Shown: positions 40,961 through 52,606, counted from the first letter of the stretch. The stretch is DNA of 64,000 nucleotides from Paraphysomonas bandaiensis (GCA_965644295.1 CBFFRP010000180.1:1-64000), one strand, 5' to 3'. A program made the numbers and translations. The notes: generated by a model from the letters alone, not told the origin.

Positions 40961-41238
40961 CCTCATTTCAGGATTAGTCTGATAGCGGCTAGTCAGTCTG
41001 AATCACACACTCTGTATGAGTTGTCCACAAGCACACGGAAACCTCACTCAGACCTCTAATTATTATTAGCTCCCGAACAAAAGGACCTCAAATAAGTCAA
41101 TGTGGTCATTGATCCATCACGCCGACTCGACTTTAATATCACTGTTCTGGCTCTATCTCTCGTGTTTGCTGTAACGCACCCACATGATAATGTTTGAGGC
41201 TCACGTTAGGTTTCTGGAAAAATATATCCGCCACTTTT

Positions 41239-41282
41239 CCCCCAGAACATCACGAAAAGGTACGAGTCCGACTTTGTTAAGG
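41239..41282 (-). mobile_element. Copia LTR/PBS junction remnant homologous to 7515-7557
   Basis: CCCCAGAACATCACGAAAAGGT(A/G)CGAGTCCGACTTTGTT is shared with one mismatch. Confidence 0.7.
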
Positions 41283-41888
41283 GTATGCCTATATATTTTC
41301 TCTCTATTTTTTTGCCTTCTAACATCGTGCTTGCTGAATTCTCAACCTAATCAATGTTGTATTGGGTTAATCTCACTGTTATAACCTCAATCTTATATAA
41401 TGCATACTTCTATGAGAGCACAATTTACTACTAGTAGGTTTACAAATATAATGGACTAGTGTGAACCGCGTATTATATTGATGAGGACCAACCTCATAAT
41501 GATAGTGACTAGTTAATTTAATAAATTTAACTAGGTTTAATATGTCTCACCCCAGCCACACAATGAGGTGATGTTCTCAAAACAGTCCACTAGGGATCCC
41601 AGATGGCTATACTGCTGGATCGATAGATTGTTGTCGATGATTGATGTACGAATATATAGTGCTTTAGTTTTGACCATAACATTAATAATTAATACACATC
41701 TGCTGTCGGAAAATATAAACTATGGCTTGAAACTTAAGTTCACAGTTATGTAGTCTGCTTATTAGATATAATATACATTGTCGACCTCAACATAAATGTG
41801 CCAGTTTTTACATATAGATATAAGAGTATCTATATCGTCAAGATATGAGCGTCCGGTAATTGTAAATCGTAGTACACGGGTGAGCAAT

Positions 41889-42128
41889 ACTTAGTAACAC
41901 TTACTTCTATTCACACTTAGTAACAACTTAGTAACACTTACTTCTACATTAGTATATACTATTAATACACTTAGTAACACTTACTTCTATTCACACTTAG
42001 TAACAACTTAGTAACACTTACTTCTACATTAGTATATACTATTACTTAGTAACACTTACTTCTATTCACACTTAGTAACAACTTAGTAACACTTACTTCT
42101 ACATTAGTATATACTATTAATACACTAG
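41889..42128. repeat. Three tandem ~80-bp units built from ACTTAGTAAC subrepeats
   Basis: Equivalent positions recur at 41891, 41971 and 42046. Confidence 0.95.
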
Positions 42129-42470
42129 ATATCTTCAGTGCAATATCTGAAAAGCATATAGAGGTCGCATCTATTGATGAATACAGCTGAAATATTGCGA
42201 GGATGGCTGCATTTGTGTGGAATTCTGTGAGATGAAGCCATTATCTAATTGGAATTACTGGTTGTACAAGCATAATTATTATTTTTTAGATTTACTCTCT
42301 TATTATAGTTAGCAAGTTCTTGGTATTATGTCTTGTAAACCACTGCACTGCATTTCATTATCAGTCACTCAAAACAGACTATAAAGCACGACAACTGTTC
42401 GAATATTCGTTTCAATGATATCCTATTCCTTACTACTAATCTCACCTTCACCAGTGCGAACACCAGTATA

Positions 42471-45400
42471 TTAGTAGTGGAATTTCTGGTAGAACCAGGA
42501 GTTTTCTCCCAGTCTTCGCAACCAAAACTTTCTGTTTTCGTCGTAAAAGACAACAGCCACAGAGAAAGGGACAGCAATGGACCAATCCACACCATCAAGC
42601 CCAGTTGTACCAAAAGCGTATTGTAGGAATGGGGCGTAAACAAGTAGTGAAATGAGAATTATCTCTTGACAGATACCGAAGTTAAGAACCCAATTGACCA
42701 TACCGTGATTAAAAATTGAGTTTATGCGGGTCTTACACGCAATCCCACATCCGATCTGCATGATCACAATGGAAGCAAGAAAAGCGGTTTGGGCCTGCTC
42801 CAAAATGCGCTTCCGTTCATCAAAATAAACACAGTCACCATCATCGTTCTTGAAGTTGCAGTTCAAGTTGTTGTCGTCATCATCCTACAGCACTGTAAGA
42901 TCTATAGACGTGAAATTAAACACTTACATCATTATCGCTCCAGACAATGCCTTGTCTGTCAGTCAACAACGAGCTGGAAGAGAACCCATGGCGGTCGAAG
43001 ACGTAAAAGAAAGCAACAAAGGCAGCGACAGCCTGGATCATGCCAATCTGAAGGTACGAAAACGAAATAAGCTGCCAGGTCACCAGCTTGTCCACTTTTC
43101 TATCACGTGGGGGCTGCTTCATTATATCGAGTTCCGGGGTTTCGTACGCAAAAGAAATGGCTGGAAGCATATCCGTTCCCAGGTCAATGCAGAGAATCAT
43201 GATGGTGGTAAGAGCAAGAGGGATCTTGAGGGTGATCTGACAGAGGAAGGGGGTTATCTCGGGGATGTTACTGGTGAGTGTATAAGCGATGCTCTTCTTC
43301 AAATTAGCAAAGATAAGGCGACCCTCTTCAATACCCTTTACGATGGAGGCAAAGTTGTCGTCCATTAGAATCATATCGGCAGCATCCTGAGCAACCTGAG
43401 AGCCGGTTCCCATCGCAATACCGACGTCAGCTTTCTTGAGTGCAGGTGCATCACTACAAAAATAGATTATAGAAATTAAGCCTGTACATAGAGCAAATAT
43501 GTATGCGAACTTACTTGACGCCGTCTCCAGTCACAGCTACAACGAGGTCTTTCGCCTGTAGGTGGCCTACGATATCCTGTTTCTGATGCGGAAGAGTGCG
43601 GGAGAAAACAACATCTCTGCGGGTTAATACATACTCCCAGTCCTCCTCTGTGAAGTGGTCGATCTCTGATCCGGTAACAACTACGGCTGTCTTGGACGAG
43701 TCGCAACGGGTACTAACAGGAGCATTTGTGTCATAGAGCGGGGCGAGCTCACCATCCACAGAAGGCTGAAGAATACCTACCTGGCCAGCGATACTACGGG
43801 CAGTCAATGGGTGATCCCCTGTGACCATAATCACCTGAATGCCAGCCTCGTGGCAATTACCGACGGCAGTAGGCACCTCGTCTCTGGGCGGGTCCTCCAG
43901 TGACAACATGCCCACAAATCGCAAACCAGTGATAGGAAAGTTAAACCCGTCACTCTCGTCCGTCACAAATTCATACCCATGAGGAATATCGGGTAGCAGA
44001 AGTTCAGCGAATGCAAGTACGCGCTCACCGTTTTCTGCCACCTCCGCATTAGCATCCTCAATGTCCGAAAGTATAGACGGCGTGAGCTCCTCGTGATTGC
44101 CATGATACGAACATTTTTCCAAGACTCTCTCTGGGGCTCCCTTAATGATAAGTCTGTGTCCCACTCTCTCCTCATGAATGGTGGCCATCCATTTAGTTGC
44201 TGAGCTGAAAGGCACACAGGCGACCTCGGGGTACCTCCGACGCATTTCATACACAGAGGTGTGAGAGTGAGCAAACTTGAGTAGTGCACCCTCGGACGGG
44301 TCAGACGTGGTCTTTCTGTTAAGAATAGGTTTGTCGTTTTCTCCCTCCTCGAAGACAGCGTGATTGCACAACCCCGCAGCGCGGATTAAGTTCACCAGGT
44401 CTTCATTAGCACGACGAACTTTGCCAGTAGCACGGTTGACAGGATGTAAACCAATCATCCAAGAATCACCTCTTGAAGCTGATATATTTCCAGAACTGGA
44501 AGCACCCAGGACTCCTTCGTCATCTTGTCCTGATAGCCGCCGCGTCAGAGTTAAATTACTGGAGCTTTGGCGCATTAAATCTTCGTCAGAGAGAGATGGC
44601 AGACGCTGTAAGTCTTTTGATGTATGCTCACGACCATCTGGGAGCTTGGTGACATTGGAAGAGTTAAATATAGCATGGCGAACAGTCATTCTATTCTGGG
44701 TGAGAGTGCCCGTTTTGTCACTGGCAATAGCGTTGATGCTTCCGAGGGTTTCCACTGTCTCTGTGCTCTTGACCAACACATTCTTGGAGTGCATGCGCTG
44801 GGCAGTGATGGCAAGAGCCACTGTCACTGTTGCCAATAGGCCCTCAGGAACATTGGCCACAATGATACCAATAGTGAAAATGGCAGCTTTTAGAGGTGGA
44901 TACCCTGAGATACAATCGTCAATGTCAGGCAGCAATTCATAACCTCTTACCGATGATGATGGCAATGATGAAAAACGCGATTCCGATGGAGAGAGCAATA
45001 ACGGAAATGATTCCTACAAATCTCTTAATCTCCTGCTTCAACAGGGTGTCTGGCTTTTCTCCCTTCGTAGTGCGCTCCGCAATAGCCCCAATGGCTGTGT
45101 CGTCACCTGTTCTCACCACAACACCTTTGCCCACGCCCTCAGTACAATTGGTACTGAAAAACGCCACATTCCTACCAACCAAGCACAAATCTCACAACCT
45201 CTTTATTGCAGGGTAAGAATCATACCTGGATCGTTCGGGAAGGTCGTCCGTCTTGCTAGGACCGCGCTTCTGAGGCTCACTCTCACCAGTTAAAGATGAG
45301 TTGTCAACTTTTATGCCATTGCTCTCCAGCACTATCACATCAGCCGCCACCTTAAACCCCTTCTCAATCTTGACAACATCTCCAACGACCACCTGGTCGG

Positions 45401-45987
45401 CATTCATTCGCCTGCAACAAAAACACATAACAACACATTACACAAGTCGACGAAGCGATTCACCTGTAGACGCCATCGCGCAACACATCACACTCCGCCG
45501 CTGAGAGCTTAAGAAAACCCGCCATCACCGAATCAGACTTAAACTCCTGATAGAATGAAAAAATCCCAGTAATGATTACCACAGCCACCAACACAATCCC
45601 CAACGTGAAGTTCTCAACATCGGCATTGATGCTATAGACGATAAAACACAGCACCGCACCGGCCCATAGCAACAGAGCAAAACCCCCAAACAAATGCTCC
45701 AAAAACTTAACCCACAGTGGAGTTCGCTTTGGCGGAGTAAGCGCATTGGGTCCATCTCTCTCCAATCGAGCCGCTGCCTCCTCAGCACTCAATCCAGTCG
45801 AGAAATCAACTCCAAGTTGCTCGGAGAGCTCCTGATGGCTTAAAAAGTGTTCTGTTATAGCCTTTGATTTAGCCACTGCCTCTTCCACCTCTAGTGCGGT
45901 GCCCTTCTCATCGACCCCTTTGGGAGATGCTGATTCAGGCCCAGCGAGCTCTTCTTGAGAGGATAATTCGATTTTCTTCATTGACAT
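42471..45987 (-). CDS. ATP1A: Na+/K+-ATPase alpha subunit (P-type IIC), six exons
   Basis: [49 protein letters not shown]|[18 protein letters not shown]; aromatic C-terminus (KFHY). Confidence 0.95.
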
Positions 45988-46805
45988 CTCGCTATCACTG
46001 TATCTGCTGCGTGTATGAGTTAAGCAGATGGAGGGATGTTATGTGATGCGGTACACTGTCTAATAGGGTGATATACGTGTGCTTCAGGTCAATAGTATCA
46101 CTCTGTGAATTATGGTCATGCCTGATTATGAAGAGCGTCGAGTGGGATGCAATCGCCATTTGTTTGTCCATGCTGATGCTTGTTCGTACACAGACTACAT
46201 AAATTAGATATGGAATACACCGCAGCACTACACCACCGGCATATCTGCAGTACGTCAGCCCATATGTTTCCACTCCACCCAAACCTCACGTTCCTAACGG
46301 CATCTTCTCTATGTGCCAAAATCAGGCCACTTACACTGCATCTACTACGTATTCTAGTATACACTGTCGTATACTCTGTAGGGACAGTATTTTAGAAATA
46401 TAGAAATTGGTGATTTTGCAGTAGAAGTGTGCGATAATGCCGGTTTCTTAAAGTTATGGACGTTTTATGCCGAATATCTAGATATCACCTTCTTCAGTTT
46501 TTGCAAGAACTCAAACATTGTAAACCCCATCATCCCATCGTCCCATTCATACGGATATCAACAGGAGATTGGCAGTATGAAGTTGCACAATCTACACAGT
46601 ACACATCATACATATGCGGGTATACATATGTATACACATATACATTATACGTATACATACGATACATACCATACATACATATATAAACACACCATATATA
46701 CATATATACTGACAGTGTACATTGTCAACAAGACAACCGCACAACATCCAGCCCACTGCACCTGCTCTCTATTTTCTCCTTTCAGAAGGAACTGATTGTC
46801 TTAGA

Positions 46806-47382
46806 ATGAAACGGCTCTTCACTCTGTTGATGTTGATGGCGTGGTGTGTTGCTGTGTACGGCAAGAAGAGAGGCACTGGGGTGCGTAGAGCCCAACTGTA
46901 ACATTTCCTCTCACGAGGTTGCGGTGATCAGGTTGATCGAGCCTGGAAAAACAAGCGACTGCAGTGTGAGAAGTTTGAGTGCTCGTATACAGTGCTGGAC
47001 GAAGCGATGAACTGCATCAACAACTGCACCTCGCCGATGTGTTATCAGGTGAGCCATGCCCCTCGCAAGAGTCACATCGCCAGATTACCGTAACTAAATG
47101 TCACCTTGTTGTCCTTATCAGTGCCCTGCTAGTAGCTTTCAACTATATCGCGATCAGCATTGTCGTGTATAGAGATGTATGCAACTAATCCTACTGTAGG
47201 AAGTATATGGCTCCTCTCCATTGGAAGATGGTGAGGTGGACGACAAGAGGAACCGTTTATTCACGGCTTGTCTTAGGAAGGAGAGTAAAAATATGAAAAG
47301 GGTAATTGTCATGTTGATTTCCGTTATTTACTTTTTACATGCCATATAGAATAAACCATCGGCGTCATCTGATAAAACGTAG
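46806..47382 (+). CDS. Small secreted Cys-rich protein, DUF4787-like; 4 exons, absent from the ORF track
   Basis: Spliced translation MKRLFTLLMLMAWCVAVYGKKRGTG|VDRAWKNKRLQCEKFEC..NCINNCTSPMCYQ|EVYGSSPLEDGEVDDKRNRLFTACLRKESKNMKR|NKPSASSDKT*. Three phase-0 GT-AG introns. Confidence 0.8.
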
Positions 47383-47847
47383 AAGTGAATCCTCGATAGA
47401 TATGTGTATCATTATTAGCAGTGGTTTTTGTATAGTATTAGAACTTAACCGGACCTACAGCCTCATATGCCGTAGTGGAGTGAAGCTGATCGCGACGTGC
47501 TTAAGATGATGAATGTCTTCTACATGGGAACTTTTAATTGTAAGTGTAGTAGACTTCCATCGCAACATAATAATTTTATGTGCATTTCATTCGGCTGCGG
47601 TGCACCAATGTCCACAAGTGATAGAAAACGACAACTGAAATAATAAATATTATCACTGATGCATAGGTAATTAAATGTCCTTATGCACCAGCCGCTAAGG
47701 GTGCTACATTCATGCTGTCACTTGCTCTTGTAGCTCACGGCAACGTTCAAAGTTCAAACCAATCATCTCGACATCCAAACAGCATTTCCATGTGCTGACC
47801 TAAGGAGAAGTTTACATAGAGTAGAGCTGCCAGAAGATAAATGCCTT

Positions 47848-48200
47848 AGTAGTGAATAGGGGTGCAAGAGTCTGAACTAATGTAGCAAAAAAAAAAGCGT
47901 GGTGTGGTGCGCTCCGCTTGCAGGCAATGGGGTCCGTTAAATCGAATCCCTAAAACCAATCCTATATTATAATTTTTAAAAAGTAATATAATTCTTTTTT
48001 ATATAACATTTTAATAATTCATTTTATATATATCTTTTTTATAATATATTATATATTAAGGGTTGAGGGTTTAGGGTAATTTTCAAGAGAAATAAAAATA
48101 GATAAAATAGTTATAATTATTATAATATGAGAAAGGGCATCAACCCTATACTCAACACCAGCAGTAAAATAAAATAGAGAGAACAGCAGTAGATTCTAAG
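47848..48200. other. Putative left terminal (TIR/origin) region of the virus
   Basis: Starts AGTAGTG (Polinton-type terminus), is non-coding, and has very AT-rich tracts bracketed by AGGGTT/AACCCT motifs. TIR length cannot be determined without the right end. Confidence 0.6.
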
Positions 48201-48360
48201 ATTGAAGTCCGCAGTAGCTACAAACGAGCTCGCCACTATACTAACAACGCTATCTAATCTACACAACACGATAGCATCCTCCTTTCTCTTAAGTGTTATT
48301 CATCATAAGTATCAACGACTAGCAACAATAGTATTTTTAATACTTTACATTTCAAGCAAA

Positions 48361-48939
48361 CTATGCACCAAGCTCATCACGATCAAACAACCCAGTCATA
48401 TTGTCGCTTTCATGCCAATCAATTTCTGTCTTCATAAAATGAAGAACAAAATCAATAGCTTTTATTTCATAAGTGTACTTCAATTTCATAGTTTTGACAT
48501 AGTTCAGCATTTCCCTCAAAACAGCTTCATCTGCTTCGTATTGATCAAGGGATGAATAGTGTTCAGTGTTTGCAACCCACTCAGGTAAATAGTTATGCTG
48601 AAAAATGGCTGCACCATCATCATTGGTAGCCTCTCTAGCCCATAACTTGGCCTGAAGTCGGACTCCTCTCTCTTTGGCCAATCTGTCGTCTCTGGCTCGC
48701 TGAAATAACCCTTTCAGAGTCCGTTTTCTGTCCAGATCCAACTTGAAAATCATTTGTTTAATATCGTAGAAGGCTAGGTTGTCTTGACTTCTATTTCCTG
48801 TTGCAATTTTTCCATCTGCCACCATATCATTACTTACTTGTAGTACATGGCGACATAGCTGTTGAGTTGTCATTGTTGCCATATCAGCGCCTGACTTTCT
48901 AGCCTTCTTACTGGCTTTTCCGATATCGATGTCGTCCAT
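48361..48939 (-). CDS. Viral hypothetical protein (~192 aa)
   Basis: The ATG at 48939 is preceded by TATATACT, as for the other viral genes. Confidence 0.7.
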   Translation of the reverse strand: MDDIDIGKASKKARKSGADMATMTTQQLCRHVLQVSNDMVADGKIATGNRSQDNLAFYDIKQMIFKLDLDRKRTLKGLFQRARDDRLAKERGVRLQAKLWAREATNDDGAAIFQHNYLPEWVANTEHYSSLDQYEADEAVLREMLNYVKTMKLKYTYEIKAIDFVLHFMKTEIDWHESDNMTGLFDRDELGA

Positions 48940-49100
48940 AGTATATATGTAATGGGTAAAGCTTTGTGTTAAAAGTATGAGGTTGCCTTGTTGCAAGAGG
49001 TGTTGCAACAGCTTCAGTTTAGATGTGGTATCTTCAATGGACATTTATGATATCTTCAGTGTTGTGTCCTGCATGTCAGCTTCAACTTCAAGAAAACGTC

Positions 49101-49335
49101 TGTTCACTCATTTTGAGTGAAAACACCCCTCTGTTCACTCATTTTGAGTGAAAACACCCCTTTGTTCACTGGTTTTGAGTGAAAACACCCCTTTGTTCAC
49201 TGGTTTTGAGTGAAAACACCCCTTTGTTCACTGGTTTTGAGTGAAAACACCCCTCTGTTCACTAGTTTTGAGTGAGGGGTCACTCATTTTGAGCGAAAAT
49301 CCACCCTGTTCACTGGTTTTGTGTGAAAAAACACC
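49101..49335. repeat. 31-bp tandem array with a palindromic core (~8 copies)
   Basis: TGTTCACTCATTTTGAGTGAAAACACCCCTC-type units at 49101, 49132, 49163, 49194, 49225 and 49256 (partial), plus two degenerate copies. Confidence 0.97.
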
Positions 49336-49352
49336 AATTTCAAGAGAATAAA

Positions 49353-49508
49353 TTAAACGAACTTTAGGCTATTGATTTTATTGTTCGCCTTTTTTCGTGC
49401 TCCGTTTACCTTCTTGTTTACTTTACTCTGAGCACCACTGACCTTCTTGTTCAGTTTGTTCTGAGCGCCTGTAATCTTCTTATTGAATTTTGCTTTCAAT
49501 CTGTCCAT
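49353..49508 (-). CDS. 51-aa highly basic viral protein with 11-residue repeats (below the ORF-track cutoff)
   Basis: MDRLKAKFNKKITGAQNKLNKKVSGAQSKVNKKVNGARKKANNKINSLKFV*; AT-rich leader. Confidence 0.7.
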   Translation of the reverse strand: MDRLKAKFNKKITGAQNKLNKKVSGAQSKVNKKVNGARKKANNKINSLKFV

Positions 49509-49548
49509 AATAATATACCTATATATATTTTTCTACAGAATATATATA

Positions 49549-50502
49549 ATGAAAGACTTTTATACAGATGAGACATTTACATATGTCGTTACCACAGTGA
49601 ATAAGTCATCAGGAGATAATGCTTCTTGTGAGATACCTATGCTCGCCTTGCTACCTTCAGATGTAGAATACTTTATATGTGTTCCCTTGTATTTTCAGTC
49701 TACAAGTAATTTGTTCTCTATTCCTTCGTCTTCGGCTGTGATTCTGGAGGCTACAGACTTTGTAGAGGTTGGATGTTCAACTCACAAGACATCATCATTT
49801 AAAGCAGTTACTCCGCCATTATTCGGAAGTGATGGAGGGATGCATCGGTTATCCTTAGTCAATAATATTAATCAAATGAAGTATGTTGTCCGAAATTTCA
49901 ACAATAAAACCATTCAGTTTACATTTCGTAATGCTACAGGAATAGGTTTTCCCCAAAACGTCACTGCTCAAGCGGGGTGGGCTAAACAATGGGTTTTACA
50001 CCTGTCCTTAACACCTATAAGAGAACATTCACCATGTAAGTATATAATAAGCAATAAACATAAATCATTTACATACACCATTACGAATAAAGGTGCGGAT
50101 GGCTCTGCAAATGATTGTTACATTACATTACCACCAATACATGACAATTATAATAGATACTTTGTTGATGTCATTGACTTTAGTGTAGATAATTCAACTA
50201 TAGACAGTGGTTCAGTAAGATACATAAACTTGTACTCTTTCAACTGGGCAGAAAATGGTTATGGAGGATATAACAGTCAAACAGACAGAATGATTGTGTG
50301 CAGTCCATATATTAGAAATGCCAATGAACCTTCATTATATAGCGGAGATGGAGCTGTATTTATGATAAGCAATATGAAGCAATCTAGAAGAGTAAGGTTT
50401 AAAATGTATGAAGCTACTCAGACGGAAGTTGCAAGCGGTGATGTAGATAGCGGTGCAACAACTTATTACTATATAACATGTAAAATAACGCCTATTGACT
50501 AG
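49549..50502 (+). CDS. Viral protein with two tandem penton-like (single jelly-roll) domains
   Basis: Internal duplication FTY....G....C.I...TPI. ATG follows TATATATA. Confidence 0.6.
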   Translation: MKDFYTDETFTYVVTTVNKSSGDNASCEIPMLALLPSDVEYFICVPLYFQSTSNLFSIPSSSAVILEATDFVEVGCSTHKTSSFKAVTPPLFGSDGGMHRLSLVNNINQMKYVVRNFNNKTIQFTFRNATGIGFPQNVTAQAGWAKQWVLHLSLTPIREHSPCKYIISNKHKSFTYTITNKGADGSANDCYITLPPIHDNYNRYFVDVIDFSVDNSTIDSGSVRYINLYSFNWAENGYGGYNSQTDRMIVCSPYIRNANEPSLYSGDGAVFMISNMKQSRRVRFKMYEATQTEVASGDVDSGATTYYYITCKITPID

Positions 50503-50527
50503 TAATAATTTCTATTATAAATATATA

Positions 50528-50983
50528 ATGCAAAATACTCAAAGTTTTACGTATGTTATTTCATCCGCTAATGCAGTTTCAGGAGATGCTGAAAATTGCT
50601 ACATAGATTTAGACCCACTACCACAAAATTATGACTGGTACAGTGTTCAATGCACTGGTTTTATAATGAATTGTGAATCATTAGCGGTAGGACATCCTCA
50701 ATATGTTTTATTGGTAGCCGATGATTTGGCAGAAGATGGATATTATCAAGGATTTGATAGTAACCCATGTGTGCTGTCATATCTCAATACAGATGACACC
50801 ATATCACAAATGACATCAGGGGAAGGGTCTTTGTTTAAAGTAAAGAACTTTAGACAAAAAAGAAGAATACATTTCAGTTTATATGAACCAGATTTAACAC
50901 CTATGGCTGGTGTTGTAGATGACTCTGCAACAACATATTGGTGCATATCATTGCTGTTTACACCTATTTTAGAGTTGAACTAA
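50528..50983 (+). CDS. Viral single-domain paralog of the preceding gene (penton-like)
   Basis: SFTYVISS..SGDAENCYIDL..AEDGY..GEGSLFKVKNFRQKRRIHF..ATTYW..TPI aligns with domain 2 of 49549..50502. Confidence 0.6.
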   Translation: MQNTQSFTYVISSANAVSGDAENCYIDLDPLPQNYDWYSVQCTGFIMNCESLAVGHPQYVLLVADDLAEDGYYQGFDSNPCVLSYLNTDDTISQMTSGEGSLFKVKNFRQKRRIHFSLYEPDLTPMAGVVDDSATTYWCISLLFTPILELN

Positions 50984-52606
50984 ATCAATATGCGTTTTCC
51001 AAAATATTGAACCTGATCCTACAGTTTGGAAATTATTATATGTATGAATTTCAAATGTCCAATTATCGGCAACATCTCCAACAGTAAATATAAGCGGTGC
51101 TAGAGTACAACCTACAGTACTAACACTTCCACGATTTGCATCCCATACACCCGGACCATAAAGAGTTGCTCTTTCTAGCGTTCCATTTTTCTTAACTAAT
51201 ACACGCGCGCGTATATCTGTCCATGATTTAATACCCATGATTTCAAAAGAAACTTGTAGCATGTATCGTCCTGTATACTGAATGTAACCTGATGAATCAA
51301 TCATATTTGAATCACCGCCTGTAGGTGTTGTACTCAATTCCGAAGATGTCATATAATGTCCACCGCTAGATGTTTGATAAGTTGTATTATAAGCCATGGA
51401 TGAGAAATAAGTTACTGGATCATCAATTTCTTCCCAATAACAATTTTTTTTGCTAGTTAATGTATCCAAATCCGTTCTATCAGTAGCTGTGAACGCTGTT
51501 GTTTGAATGGTAGCATCTGGATATTCTACTTTTGTATAACAATTGATGTGATCACATCTTATTTCATCAATTGCGCCTCCTCCACCAGCTTTTAATAATG
51601 TATTGACTGGGAAAGTCCATTCATTTGAACTTCTTGTTATATCATCTAATAATGTGCTATAATCAGAACTAAACGCTTTTGTTTGTTCGCTAGCATCTGA
51701 AAATTCTAGAACACCGCCCGATCCTGTGATTTCAAACCTACAATTACTTCCTGTCATTCTGAATGTGCTTCCTGTACCTGACACAGTATGTAATCCATAA
51801 CTTTTATTTAGTAATAGATCGCTTGAAATAGTTAAATCATCATATCCGCCACCGGTATACGACAAAGGTGTTATAGTTGATTCAATGGTTGCAATGTCAG
51901 ATGTGTTAGTAGCTATGTTGGTTGTATTAGTGGCTATGTTAGATGTATTAGTGGCTATGTTAGATGTATTAGTGGCTATGTTAGATGTATTAGTGGCTAT
52001 GTTAGATGTATTGGTTGATATGTTTGATGTGTTAGTCGCTATGTTGGTTGTGTTAGTAGATATATTTGATGTATTGGTTGCTATATTTGATTCGGCTGTT
52101 GAGAGGTCTACATCAATGCTAGCAATATCTGCCGTGTTAGTTGCTATATCACTTGTATTGGTTGCTATGTTAGTTGCGTTCGTTGCTATATCACTAGTAT
52201 TGGTTGCTATATTGGTGGTGTTTGTGGATATATTTGATGTATTGGTTGCTATATTGGTGGTGTTTGTGGATATATTTGATGTATTGGTTGCTATATTGGT
52301 GGTGTTTGTGGATATATTTGATGTATTAGTTGATATGTTATTTGCATTCGTTGTAAGTTGTGTCTGTGCGTTTGAAGTGAGTCCATCAATATAACTCAGT
52401 TCAACATCTGTTATAGTTGTGCCATTTGCGACAATACTAGCCCCCGATTGCATTGTTATATCAGTATCAATAATAATATTGCTTGTTTCAAGTGTGTCTA
52501 AATATATATTATCACTTGTTAAACTGCCAGTTGTAATTTCATCTGCTTTTATTGTTTGTAATCCATTCAAAGATGGTATGTTTAATGATGTATAACCATT
52601 GTTCAT
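50969..52606 (-). CDS. Viral fiber/spike protein: heptad coiled-coil stalk and beta-rich head
   Basis: About 20 NI(A/S)TNT(S/T) heptads; two (F/Y)xDA+xQTxAF fiber motifs; C1q/TNF-like GYIQYTGRYMLQVSF in the head. Confidence 0.8.
   Translation of the reverse strand: MNNGYTSLNIPSLNGLQTIKADEITTGSLTSDNIYLDTLETSNIIIDTDITMQSGASIVANGTTITDVELSYIDGLTSNAQTQLTTNANNISTNTSNISTNTTNIATNTSNISTNTTNIATNTSNISTNTTNIATNTSDIATNATNIATNTSDIATNTADIASIDVDLSTAESNIATNTSNISTNTTNIATNTSNISTNTSNIATNTSNIATNTSNIATNTSNIATNTTNIATNTSDIATIESTITPLSYTGGGYDDLTISSDLLLNKSYGLHTVSGTGSTFRMTGSNCRFEITGSGGVLEFSDASEQTKAFSSDYSTLLDDITRSSNEWTFPVNTLLKAGGGGAIDEIRCDHINCYTKVEYPDATIQTTAFTATDRTDLDTLTSKKNCYWEEIDDPVTYFSSMAYNTTYQTSSGGHYMTSSELSTTPTGGDSNMIDSSGYIQYTGRYMLQVSFEIMGIKSWTDIRARVLVKKNGTLERATLYGPGVWDANRGSVSTVGCTLAPLIFTVGDVADNWTFEIHTYNNFQTVGSGSIFWKTHIDLVQL

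Noticed and set aside
41889-42128. CRISPR-like repeat
   Set aside because: The intervening sequences repeat identically; an ordinary compound tandem repeat.
42789-45504. Plus-strand ORFs over the ATPase
   Set aside because: Antisense to well-conserved ATPase exons.
48059-48077. Telomere or interstitial telomeric repeat
   Set aside because: Only one TTTAGGG within three imperfect units; treated as a viral terminal motif.
49101-49335. CRISPR-like array
   Set aside because: The units are contiguous with no unique spacers and there are no cas genes; it is a tandem repeat.
51885-52394. Hydrophobic 169-aa plus-strand ORF
   Set aside because: Antisense shadow of the fiber heptad repeats.
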